Notes under the pieces: generated by a model
The model's database searches: none
Told to the model about the DNA's origin: nothing
Seen by the model: the letters and a program-made list of their open reading frames with translations, nothing else
In this document: in pieces, positions 46,255-59,433 of the stretch
Numbering within the stretch: the stretch's first letter is position 1
Layout: every line of letters begins with the position of its first letter
Program-made: the position numbers and the translations under genes
NCBI GenBank assembly: GCA_965202585.1
Contig: OZ241828.1
Location: 56,978,001-57,042,000, forward strand
Source of the DNA: Thalia democratica
Taxonomy: Eukaryota
Direction: 5' to 3'
Length of the DNA stretch: 64,000 bases

Positions 46255-49200
46255 ATGCTCCAATCACCTCTTCAAATTTTCTTCCTGCTTTTTTTAGCTT
46301 CCAACTTCAAGCACATTTTAGCAAGTCAAAACAAAAAACCTAAAGTTTTGCTGATTTCATTCGACGGATTCAGGTGGAACTACTTGCAAAGGACCAGCAC
46401 CCCAAACTTTGACGAGCTCATTGAAACAGGCGTCAAAGCCAAATGGATTGAGGATGTTTACGTCAGTCAGACTTTCCCCAATCACTACACGATTGCAACC
46501 GGAATGTACGAGGAGTCGCATGGAATTGTTGCAAATCAGTTTTTTGATCCTGTTCTGAACAAGTCGTTTTCCTATGTCAAGCCTAGTGCAAATGATCCTG
46601 AGTTTTATGGAGGCGAGCCGATTTGGATCACTAACCAAAAGCAAGGTTAGTCTTTTCTGGATTTTTAAGCTTTTGTGCAACTATGATAATTTTAAAAATA
46701 AATTGATTTTGATAGTTTCTACACAAAAGTTTTGGAACTATAAAGTTGCCAAAAAATATATTAGTTCAATGTGAATTTTTAAATGAACTTTTTAAGTGAA
46801 CAAGTCTTTTAAAAATTTGGTAAATAAGCATTACCATATAAAAAAATCATCTTAGTATCAATATTAAATGCAAGATTCATTTGCAGAAATATTTAAGAAA
46901 GTTCAAGCATAAATATATTTTTTCAAACAGTTTATAAATCAAACTTTTTTTTGTAAGTTTTTAAGACCACAAACATTTTTATAAGTTTGTATTTTTATTT
47001 AATTTTTTTTAAACTTAGTACTTGTAGTATTAGTTTAAAAAAAAATTAATAATAAGACATCAAACAATCCAATTTATTTGTTCTTTTTTTTTCTCTTTAT
47101 TTAGAGTTTGGTTGGTATTATGACAAAAATAAGCACATAAATTCTATATATAATTTGTGATAAAATAAAAAAAAAGTCTTTATATTAAAGTTGACTCATA
47201 TTTACAAACACTATTTTTTTTTATTACATACTTTTCTCTTATGAAATTTAATAAAAAAATTGACCTACTTTTCTTACCATCTTTAAATCTTTTAAGTTAC
47301 TAATAGTTCTATTTAAAAGGTTTCATTAGTTTTCTTACACCAATTACCTAATAGTACATTTTTTGAAATACTAACAAAAATATCATAGTTATTATGCTTA
47401 ACTTATTTTGTTTAATCTGTGAACTAAATGCATACAAATTTGTTATAATGTACTGTAGTGGTATAAAACTAACTAAACGTTGATCAACTATTTAAGTAGA
47501 ACATGGTTTTTTTAACAAATTTGTAAGTTTAAAATTTAAATGGTTATTGATTGCAATAACTCCCTAACTTCTGAACAACTAATAAATGTTATTGTTTCGA
47601 ATTATATCTTCAATATCTTTACATTTATTATTGTAACTAATTTAAATGAGTGTTTTATTTATTTTTAAAGTAATAACTTATATCTGGTAAAATGACAAGT
47701 ATATTTGAAATATTTTTTTTTGTAAATTACTACATTTATAAACTTGTTTTATCCATATCCCAAAAAATATTTTTTATTTTTCAAAGTTGTTTGTAGATAT
47801 TAATAACATACCTCTTTTTTTTATTTGTACATTACTTTTTGAGTTATGGCTCTTTAAATTTTGTTAAAGATTTCTTTAGTCATGCACCCATAATATTTTT
47901 AATACAAAAAAGTTTTTAAATACATTTGCTTTAGACAATATAACGAAATTTAAAATTACAAACATTAAATGTTATTATCAGGACGTAATTTAATAAAAGG
48001 GAGTAAAAAATAAAATTAAATTGCAAATTGTTACTGATACAAAATAATCTACTACTACTGCATTGGTACTAAAAATGTCTAAAATTATATGCTTGCTCAA
48101 ATTTGTTACAAAAATTTTATTGTAAAATTTTTTATTTGCCTGTCATTTGGTGAAAATACTTATAGTATTGCAGATAAATTTTTCAAACTTTCAAATTAGA
48201 CTTAAAAAAATCTTGTTTTATTAGATTAATTCATTCAACTTTTTTTTTACAAAAAATCCAATTTGTTGAACATCATAAAGTAAGAGTAATAAATTTTGTT
48301 TTTAATAGCAACCAAGTAAAGTTTTAAACGCTTTATAAAATATAAATAGCAAATAAATACTAAAAATTAAAAACTATTTTAAAGGTTACCACACGGGGGT
48401 GTACTTTTGGGTGGGCAGCCAGGTGAAAATAAAAGGGGAATACCCAACAGTGTACCACCACTTCAACAAATCCGTGCCGTGGAACAGCAGAGTGGACGAG
48501 GTGGTCGATTGGCTGTCCGACGAACCAATCAACGGGCAGCGTTTGGACATCAACCTGGCCCTGCTGTACTTTTCCCAGCCGGACCACTTCGGCCACCAGT
48601 ACGGGCCGGAGTCGGCTGAAGTGACCGAACAGATAAAAAGATGCGATGACACCGTGGGTCTGTTTGTTTTCATTAAACATTCCTTTTTGTAACTGTTTCA
48701 ATAGAAGATTGTATAATTAAATGGAGAAGTTTACAAGTTATTATTTTAGAAGTTATATGTTTTTGAGCTAAATTTTTTCGCTTTAATTAAGTTACTTTTG
48801 TACCCTTGTTATTTTTTAAATTGCATTTTTAACTCTTGAATATGTTTATTATATCAAACTTTATTTAAGCATAAAAGTTGAAAAAAAAAGTTAGGTCTTA
48901 GCTATGCCTCTTCAACTATTAGTTTGTAATGTTTCCTTTTTCTAATTGTTTTCAACCAACTCGTCATCGCATCTAATTAAAACTCTCGTGTGATTTTTAA
49001 TAAAACTCATACAAACAGGCTACCTTATCGGCAAGTTGAAGGAGGCTGATATATACGACAACGTGGACATCATAATAACGAGCGACCACGGCATGACCAG
49101 CCTGAGCGAGGACAGGAAGGTGGTCATGTACTCGCAACTTGACAGGAGCAAGGTTGAAAGGGTCATCAATCTCGGCGTTGCCACCCAAATATGGCCGAAA

Positions 49201-52200
49201 GAAGGTTTGATTTTTATTTTAAGTATATAATATCTTAGATACATATTATTTATCTTTGCAATAACTTTGCCAAGCTTTAAAACACAAAACCATGTAGTGT
49301 TTGTTTGTTGTATAAGATGTTTAGGAAAAGTTTCTTGGTTTTGCCACACAAATATGGCCGAAAGAAGGTTTGATTTTTATTTTGAATATATAAAACCTCA
49401 AGCATCGTAATTTGTTCTTAAATTTTTTCATAGTTTATTGCAGTTGTTTTGCTAAGTTATAACTCACAAAACTTTGCCACTCAAATATGGCCAAAAAAAG
49501 GTTGAATAATTTTCATTTTGTTGTGTATAAAGTATAAGTTTTTTTTCTTGATATTTTTATGCTTCTTAGCATAAGTTTTTAAAGTAATAAACCATATAAT
49601 CATTGAGAATTATAAATGTTGTTAAGTAGATATTAAAAAAAGACATCCTTGAACAATCTTCAATTTCAAAACAGTTACAATTTTACTGGTTGTGTATTAA
49701 ATTAAATTTTTGTCTAATATTATTAGTGTACATTTTTAAAGGTTTTCAAGCTCTGAAAAATAACTTGATTAAAAAGTGAAGTTTTTACAAATGTTATTTA
49801 AAGTGTTATTGCCTCAAAATTGTATGATTAACATACAATCTAGTTTAAACAATAATTAAAAATTTATACACATTTGAGCTTAATTTAATTGTAGTTTAAC
49901 TTTCTTTTAAGAAACAGTATAACTAGAGAAAAAACAACAAAATATCGCTTTTTGTTATTATAATATACTTTTTCAATAATGAACAACATAATTTTAAATC
50001 AAAGTAACACCAACCTCTTTTTAAGTATTTTGTCAAACTAATTTAAGTATTTGTATTTAAATACAAAAAATATATAATTTTATAGCACAAAAATGTTACA
50101 ACCTTTCGATATCATTTCTACAGGTTGCATTTTTCCAAATATATTTTTTTTGGTTTAAAATTAAACTGTTTAAGCTGTAAATATAAATATACTTTATTTT
50201 ATTTTTTTATATTTAATCAAATATACTTACAATTCTTATTACCAACTGTGCCAAGTTACACTGCTGGAAAAAAACTAGACTAACTAAAGTTTTTTACTTA
50301 AAGGAAAGTTAAAATTTGTTTCTTTATTATCTTATAAGTAACTTAACAGTTTTTTATAACAATAAGTTTGTTATTTTAAATTAACTTATGCCGCAAACTT
50401 TGCTCATAATTGAACAATCAGTTTTTTTTTCAAGCATGATGTATTATTTAGGTGAAAAAGAGTCAGTTTACGAGGAGCTTAAAAAGCTCGGCAGTCACGT
50501 GAGTGTTTACAAGAAAGAGGAAATTCCGAATTCGCTCCATTACTCCCACAACGCGAGAATATCACCCATTTTTGTCAAGCTTGAAAACGGCTATTGGATG
50601 GTGGAAAACGAAAACGACACCGTTCCTTTGAGTGAGTTCATAAAAAAGTTACAACTTTTTTGGTTTTTATTTATTTTCGTTACGTAGTTTTTTAAACTTC
50701 ACTTAATTTTATTTTATCTTAACAATTTTTCACCTAGTGAGTATGTGTGATGTCTCACCCTGTCTCGTTATAAAATCGAACATTTGAAAATCAAAATTTC
50801 ATTATTTGAGAAAAAATTGAACGCCGAGACTAAACAGCATTTCCAAGTAATGTTTTAGCAGTTTTGTGTTGCGATCAACTACTATAAATACTTTTACAAG
50901 TCATCAAAGGTTTCTATGCACAATTTAGTAACTTATTTACATTACTACACACTTACTGTTCATAGGTTGACATATTGAAATTTTAAACATGCAGTCTGTA
51001 CAACTTATGCTACTAAAAACAACCTGAAGGAATAATTCCGATCATAAGCTTAAAAGGTTCTTACATGTAAATCAAAATAAAACATTAACAAAAAGAAGGA
51101 TCTAACGGGCTCGATAATCATGTGATGTATTTAAAATCAATATATTTTTACAAATTGATTAAATAGTTTACATAAAAAAAAATGACAGAAGGGTTCGATA
51201 ATCACAATATAAAATCAATATATTTATATACAATTTAAATATATAGTTACATTAAACATTATTCATTTACAGAAGGGTCGCACGGGTTCGACAATCACGT
51301 GATGGACATGCACCCCTTCTTCATATCACGTGGTCCCAGCTTCAGAAACAATTATATTTCAGAACCGTTCAGCAACATTCACATATATTCCCTCATATGC
51401 CACATACTTGGTGTTGGTTTTTGTTTTGATTTGTTTTCTTTCTTTAATGCAGCTTTAAATGTTGTTATTATTAATCTTTTTATAGATGACATGCTTTGTT
51501 TATCTGCTTTTAAAGGTTTTTTTATGCTTCATAGATTTTAAAATATTAATTATATTAGTATTGAGCTACAGTTTGTAAAATTTTTTATTAACGATTTAAA
51601 CTATTAGTTCGTTTTTGAACTTTTTTACTGTAAATATATGATACAAGTTACTTATTTAGTAATCAATTGTATGACATTTTATTTTGTAATGATATGTTTG
51701 TAGCAACAAAGTTTTTTTAAATATATCTACGTTGCATTAGTTATGGTGACGTTGCATTATGACCGTGGAAATATCGAGAAAATTGTGTTGCAAAGTAAAA
51801 AGGAAACTTACCTTATAATTATTTTATTTTGCGCAATATTAAACTTATTTTACTTTCAGATTGAACCTTCTAATAACGATGGATCTTTGGAAAAAATTCA
51901 GCATATTCTCAAGTCTGAAGACCGATACTTTTACCAGTATGCCTTTCTCTGTTAGTTTGACTTAAATTCTTAAGAACATAAGTAAATGACCATTTTTCAT
52001 TACAGTTTTGAATACATATAGTCAGTAAAATGAAATTCAAGCTGTAATAAAAAAAAAAGAATACTACAATACTTCTTTTAGAAATATTTGCAGATACTGT
52101 TGTTTTTTAGGCTTTAAAAGTTTCATTGGGCATTACAAGAATTTAGAAATGTGTTTTTATAATTATTTTTACTAGAGTAAATGTTTTTCTATAAATAAAT

Positions 52201-53950
52201 TTTTAAGGTTAAAATGTATAACTTAAAAAATATATAACTACTACAGGTTGTATTACTTAAGTAGCTTCTTGTTAGTGTTCATTATTGTTAGGTTTTTCAC
52301 CTGAAGTATTTTGTGGGGGCGTAAGTGTTTAAGAATTTTTTACCACTGAAACAGTAAACAATATTTCTATAGTATTTTCCCTTATATTAAACTTTTCATT
52401 CTACAGTTTACACAATTCTAGCTAAAAACAAAGTGAAAAAAAAAGAAAAATTTGATATTTTAAATTAAGCATTGTTTCGATGAATACTAAATGTATCTAT
52501 ATATTCATATTAAAAGCTCTTTAATTTATATATAATGTATAATCACTAGAATACTTTATCAAGTTATTAAAGTGTACTTAATTTATTTTTAAAACAAGTG
52601 TGTTATTAGTATCAGTAAAGTAAAATATGTCGTTATTTTAACACGATTTTAGTGGTTTTTATTCAATAACTAATAGTTTACTAATGCAATTTTATACAGT
52701 CATGTGTTTATTGATAATTAAGTGCTAGTGATAGTATGAAAATATTGTAGGAGAAAACAAAATTGTATTAGCAATTAATTTATTAGCCATTACTAGATAA
52801 TGTTATTTAAATAAATGTTATTTGAACAAATCTTTTGTTTTATTTATTGTAATATTATATTACATTGTACAATTTATTTTCCTTGCTTTCTCGATTAGTG
52901 TGTCTAAATTTTTTGTTGGATTTAAGTTTGAAGTTTGCCATTGTTAAACTTCCTAATAAAATTAATATATAGAAAATAGTTTTTAAACTTTAAACGAATA
53001 ATTTTGAAATTTCATTTGTGGTTAAAAAGTTTAAATAGGTTAATTAAAACGTTTTGGTCAAATGTTATTTTGATTTAAGCTTAGAATATGTCTACAGTAA
53101 CTTTAAAATGTAAACGAAATCAAAAATATACATAAAACTTTGTACTAGTGTAGTTTTTTTTTTGTAAATAGTATGTTTAAGTATAAATTTATACTAAACT
53201 ATACTACTAAGTAAAGTTCCAAACATACTTTGACCAAAGAACCGTTTTAAGTTTTTAAATAATTAAATAAGTTACAAGTGATACTGTAAGTTAAATTTTC
53301 TACATGAAATTAACCTAAAAGAAGCATTTAGCGAGATATAGAACGCTTTACGAAAATAATGTATTAATAAAAAATTCATTAATAAGGTAAAACAAGTTAA
53401 AATTACAAGTAAGTTAAAAGATATAGATTTATGTATTTTTTTTATGTTTAAAAATATAAATCGAAACAAGTTGATCTTACTTTATACAACAATAATTATT
53501 AAAGAGAATTAAAACTTACAATACTAAAGGAAAACAATATACAATTGAAACCATTTTTTCAATAATCAATTACTTTCGTATTCTATTTGTTTTCTCTTTC
53601 TTTGATTAGAAAATAGAGAATAGTAGTTTTTTTTCAATCTTCCATTAAACTTTCATAGTTTGAAGATAGAAAAACATTTAAGATACATTTTTTATCATAA
53701 TCAGCAAAATTAAATAAAACTTGTCTTAAATTCCAAGTATCTATGTGTGCATTTTTGTACTTTAAACAAACAACAAAAAAATCAGACTACATTTTGAATG
53801 CAATTATTTCAATCAGGTGTTTTGTTCGGAGTAGCCTTTCTAATGATGGTCGCCTTGATGTTCATATGGAAGTTACTGAGCGATTCTGAAAAAACTTCGG
53901 AAAATAAAAACTACAAAATACTTGCCAATTCCAGAGAAGATGTTGCTTAG
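46255..53950 (+). CDS. Ectonucleotide pyrophosphatase/phosphodiesterase, ENPP4/ENPP5-like type I membrane protein, 7 exons, 464 aa
   Basis: Exons 46255-46645, 48385-48657, 49019-49204, 50452-50631, 51273-51412, 51860-51950, 53817-53950 (1395 nt, phase-compatible). Signal-peptide-like N-terminus; LLISFDGFRW; nucleophile TFPNHYTIATG; metal ligands QPDHFGH, SDHG and GSHG; C-terminal TM helix and a tail with YKIL (YxxPhi). Confidence 0.93.
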
Positions 53951-55808
53951 TTGAGTTTTTGTGCCTTTCATATTTCAAACATGTATTTTGATGAAAATTT
54001 CTTCAATTTTATCTTAAGCACTGTATGTTACTTTGTTATGCTGTTTTGAAATGTTTTAAAGATTAGCGACTGAGTTAGAGATTGGCAATATCTATATAAG
54101 CTTATGTTAGATGCAATAGTCGTTTGTAGATGTTTTAAGAATATTTTTTTTTAAAGAAACGTTGTAAAGTGTACTCAAATCATTCTTTTTTTATTCACTC
54201 ATGTATATTTTTACTTTACAGTCAAAATTAATATATTTTCCTTATTCAAAAATATTGTAAAGCTTTTAAATTTACCCGTATGTGACATTACATTACAACA
54301 AAAAATGCTCACAGTTTCAACTAAGAAATAGCATTCTTAAAATTTAAAATCAGAAATCCAAACTTGAAACGTTTAGTATTACCGTTGCAAAAAATTTGAA
54401 AAGTACTTTTAATTTGTATTGATCTACATTACTTTTAATTTGTATTAGTCTGCACTGTTTTTGTTTGAAATTATTTAAAAAGTGTCTTAGGCGGCTGCTA
54501 CTTCCAATACTGTTCGTGGATATTTTTCATTTTAAACATGTTTTTTATTTTACAAAATTAATCTTTTTATATTTTCTTTGATATTATTGATTAGTAAGAC
54601 AAAACTAACACTTAAACGTACTTTGAAATAAAATTTATTTTTCTCCTTTCATTTTTTATTTTAAGTGTTATCGATTATATTATGTAATGTGTTATTACTT
54701 AAATAACACATTGTATAACATGTTAAATTGTTTATCTAACTTTATCATATCATATTTTAAGTCATGTGTTTTTACAAAAATAAAACTTATCATTATTTTT
54801 TATGTGTGGTTGTTACAAAATGTTTACGTAATAGTATTGACAAGTATAGTTATTAATTTACGGTTGCTTAAACTTGTTGTTTAAAACGTTCTTGTTAGTT
54901 TATTTTAAGTTAAACTGTTTAAGTAAGCAACATAGTAACTTTTATACTCCTTAAAGTATCAAAATATAAAAGCATGAATTTTCCTTAAAAGAAAATAAGT
55001 ATTTCAAACAAAAATTAATTAAATGTTTACCGTAAAATATTGATAAAAATGCTCTGATAATTTACATATAATAGTATATAAATAAGATAATTGTTATTAT
55101 TTAGATGTATAAATACTTTTTCAGGTAGTTTATAGCTTATCATAAGTAGAGTTATAGTACGATCTTGAAACATAATAAAAAGTCCTTCTATGTTGCTTCA
55201 TTTTATTAATACTAAAAGTATGATTTTTTTATGAATATGTAGTGGAATAAGTGTATGATTAACTGAAGTATGAAATTATCTAAAAGTTTTTTATTTTTCA
55301 ACTAAAACTGTTTACACTTTGAGTGGCGTTTACAATAACTTGTAAGTATTTAAATTTGTTGTACCTTTTTAAACTAACTTTACTTTTTTTCTTCTTAATC
55401 AAACAACTGATCAAACTTCTTCTGTTTGCTTTTCGGGCGTGAGCACAAAAGTTGGAATTTTTACTTAAAGTTCGGCGGTAAAATTGCATCACTTACAATT
55501 TAGCAAGTTGTGTAGTAGTTAACATTGCTAATACATGTTCTTTAGATAGATTGTTAAAGAAAATATCAAATAGCTTTTTTTTTTGTAAAATTAGTTTAGA
55601 TGCTTATTTTGGTAGATAAGAAGTTACATCAATGGTTGTAATCAGTTATGGAATTATTTTAATAAACTAGGAATAAAAGTGATTTATATTTTAAAGTTTG
55701 TAACAAAAAGAAAAAAATTGTATAGTTTTGTTTAAAAAAAAGTACATTGCTTTGCGTTTTTATTTTTTAAGGTTTATATCATTTAAGTTTTGTTTCTTTC
55801 AGACCACA

Positions 55809-58274
55809 ATGAAATTGAAATGTAGCATTCTAACTTTAGTTTTAGTAGTGATAGTTGTTTTCGAAGCAATAAACTTCAAGCTGTTTGGCGTTGAAAATGT
55901 CATTAACGTGGTTTATAAAAATGTCAATTCAAATAATGTTCGGATTGACACAAAATATGTCATGCTCAAAAGAAGACAACATTTGAAAGAAGCTTGTGAA
56001 AAAATCGGTTGGTGTTTTGTTTATCATGTTAACTCTTCCGAAAGAGTTCGAAATAAACATGTACGTTAAAAATGTAGTTTACAAATTGTTTTGTTATTTT
56101 TTTTTTATAACAAAAAAATAATCATAATGCTTTATCTGGTTTAAGTCACAAAATGTTTTAGGTGGTTAGTTTTGTTTTAGACAAGTAATAAACTGTTATG
56201 TTCTTTAAATATTTACGTTAAAATGGTTATAGATAGTTAACTGCATTTGATATTCTTTTAAGATGCTATTAACAAAACAAAAATTAGTACTAGTTTGTTG
56301 TTTTTATTTTGTAAAACTAAAAGTTTAATATTTTAAATATGTTATTTTAAGTCTTTACTGTAGAAGTCTAAAACAAAACCTTGCAGGAGTAAAAAATTAT
56401 TTATAAAAGAATACTCACCAGCATCACTGTATAAAATATGAAATTTTGACTAATCAAGACACATGCTGTTTTATGTAAACAAACATTTAATAACTGTCTG
56501 CACTTCTACATAGGTATACAAAATAAAAAAGAAGGTAGAACAAAGATGTTTTACGCAAAAGATTACAACTTTGCTTACTGCAGCATCCCCAAAACCGGTT
56601 GCTCCAACTTCAAAAAGATCCTGTGGCTCTTAAACGGGAAAGTCAGCAATGTGTCGGAAATTAGTAAGTTTGTAAGTAATTTAATAGCTTTTTTAGTTAA
56701 AACTTTACTAACGTTTTTAAATAGAATAAGAAGAAAATTCTAAAAGTACCTTAAGCAATAATAACATATTTAAAATAAGGGTTTTGTTGAATTTTTTGAA
56801 TTATAGTCTTTTACATATTTAATAAGTTATTATGACAATATAATCACAAAGAACGGTTGACATACTAGGACAGTTTGAGAAACTTGAGTAACATAATACT
56901 ATTACTGTGATCAGGATAAAATTTATCATATTAATAAGGCTAATGTGTCTACGTTCCACGAGAAAACCAGGAAATTTTTCCAACACCAAGACTGGTACGG
57001 CCTGCCGGAGTTCGCTCGAACTTACAAGAAGTTCATCATTGTCAGGCATCCATTCGAGAGACTTCTGTCGGCTTACCACAACAAGCTGGTGCCCATCAAA
57101 GCCGGTCGCAAGCCGCAATACGCCCGTCTCGCCGAGTTCATCAGGTCGAAGTATGCCGTCACAGAAAAAAGAAAAAGTTTGTTTTCTTTTTTTTTTCTAT
57201 TTTAGGTTATTAAGATTTTATTAATATTAAGTATAACTTTTTTTTTATATGATAAGATTGTAGCATACTTTTTACTTAGCTGTAAAACTAACTTTATTAT
57301 CTTTTCAATAATTAACAAAGCTATTGTTACAAAACATTAAACTATATCCATGGTGTATGACTCAATAACCGGTAGGTTTTTTCGTACACCAGGTCCTTAG
57401 ATTAAACTTTTTTATCGTTCAATAAACAGTGTTACAAACATTTATGCAGAAAAAACTGGAGCTCATCCGACTTTTGAAGAGTTTGTTGATTACGTCATAG
57501 AGGAGAAAAATTCGGGAAGAAAAGTTGACGACCATTTCTCCGACTACAACTGGCTTTGTTGGCCTTGCTCGATAGATTACAACGTCATAGCCCACACTGA
57601 AACGTTACAAGAAGACGTAAAGTTTGTATATAAAGCTTCTACAGTTATATCTTAAGTCATTTTACTTCTTTCTATTAAAGAACTTTTAAGACTTTTTAAA
57701 TTTTTTAATTATTAACAGTTGGATTTACTTCTTTATTTTTTTAAGATTAAACCTTTCCGTATACTTACATAGTGTTGTTTTTATTTTAGTGTTCAGTGTT
57801 ATTGAGTATATCAAATTTTGTTAGTACGTCTTGTATTGCCGATTTAGGCTGAAAACATAATACTTATGTTATTCAAATTAAAACAAATGATTAACCTATT
57901 TTTAGTTACTCGATACAATTCAAAAAACTCAACTAAAAATATCTAACGAGTGTGTATAAAACAAATATTTTTATTTTACAAAGTATTTTCTATTTTAATA
58001 GTACTTTTTTTATGAAACTTTTTTAATTAACCATACTTGTGTTTAATAAACCAAAAATTATTTTTTTAGATTTTTACTGAAAGAGTTGTCGGCTCCAAAT
58101 GATTTTTTGCAACTTGATACCGGCTATAGTGAAGAAGGAAAACCGCAAACTACTAAGCAGCAGTCTTTGAAAGAATTCTCAGAAATACCTCGCAGCAAGC
58201 TTCTCAGCCTTTACAAAATATACAGAAAAAGCTTTCTGATGTTCGGCTATGAAGCTTCTGACTACTTCCGCTGA
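55809..58274 (+). CDS. Golgi carbohydrate sulfotransferase, CHST8-14 (HNK-1ST/C4ST, Sulfotransfer_2) family, 5 exons, 331 aa
   Basis: Exons 55809-56007, 56514-56671, 56915-57176, 57450-57621, 58070-58274 (996 nt). Type II N-terminal anchor; 5'-PSB YCSIPKTGCSNFK; 3'-PB VRHPFERLLSAYHNK; TFEEFVDY; HF...LCWPCSIDY...ETL; FLMFGY. Confidence 0.9.
57345..57427 (+). repeat. Short dispersed repeat (about 82 bp) also present at 34953-35035
   Basis: TATCC...ATAACC...TTTTCGT(A/G)CACCAGGTCCT...TTTTT(A/G)TCGTTCAATAAAC is shared, same orientation, clearly diverged. Confidence 0.7.
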
Positions 58275-59162
58275 ACTTTTAATTATTTTCATCTGATATT
58301 TGTTTTGGTTTAAAGAGATGGGCTAAGAATATTTCTTATGTGGTTTTTTTTTCACTTTTTTTGTTGTATAGATTTATTAGTTGAAGTATAAATAAGTTCC
58401 TATATTTATTCTTTGTAGCTTGCTATCCTATGTTACTTCATAAAAATCTAATAAATTTATTAATTTTAGAATTAAACTAAGCACAATATAGAAGCTCATT
58501 GATGTTTTTAGTTGTTGTTTTATTTTACAACCAAATCGTTCACAAAACTCACAAAATTCTAATTTATTTTTTGTAGCCAAATGTGTATGATAATTTTTTG
58601 TCGATTAGTCACTTGAACTTCTTTGCTATTTAAAAAAAAATTAACCATTATTAGCTAACACTAAACAAATTAAATTAGTACAACTTCTCTACTAGCTTTT
58701 ACTAATAAAAAAAAAATTAAAGATATTGCATTTTATTCTTATTACGTCACATCTCGAATATACTGAGTTATTTTTGAATTTAAACATTAATCGAAAATTA
58801 ATAAACTTTAGGTGTTTGCTTAGTACTAGTTCAAAACATACTGTCTTACAGAAAACAGTTTAAGAAGTGTTTTGCAAATTAATTTGAAAAGTGGTAGTGT
58901 CTATTTTTTTTAATTTAAAACAATAAGACCACACTTATTTATATTAGTTTTCACATTTTATTGTAACAAGTTAAATCAAACTTTTTTTTTGAAAATACCA
59001 ACTATAAAATAAATTTAAAAAGTTATTTTCAAGATATAGTTGAAGTTTTAAAAGTTTATTTTGAAAGGTCTCACTATTATATTAAAAAAGAAAAAAAACG
59101 TAAAGCAATGCAAAGTTAAGGCACTTATAAAAAAATTTAACATTTTAATTAAAAAAAAACAA

Positions 59163-59433
59163 TTAATAAAATGGTGAAGTTCTGAAGATGGTCGAGTAGT
59201 GAAGCTTCCCCTCGCCAGCAACCGACATGGCGCTCAGCAGCATCCGGAACGCCACGTGCAACTGCGGCACGCCGATCATTTGCTCTATGACGTCATACTC
59301 CCCATGCTCACATAACATGTCTTGGGCGGTATGCTCGGTTTCACCGACTTCTGGCCTGCTGAGTTGCTTGCACGCTTCCGTGTGATCGTACTTGCTGTAG
59401 TCGAGCAACTCGGTCCTTTCCTCTTCCTCTCCC
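59163..59433 (-). CDS. Terminal coding exon of the large minus-strand gene
   Basis: GC-rich island with acceptor TTTTAAACCAG| at 59434. One leftover base completes TG|G (Trp) from the donor at 60472; reads GEEEERTELLDYSKY...HYSTIFRTSPFY*. Confidence 0.75.

Noticed and set aside
59163-59300. ITIM-like LHYSTI and YDVI motifs suggesting an immune-receptor tail
   Set aside because: The exon splices in phase to the giant soluble-looking exon with no transmembrane segment; such short motifs arise by chance.
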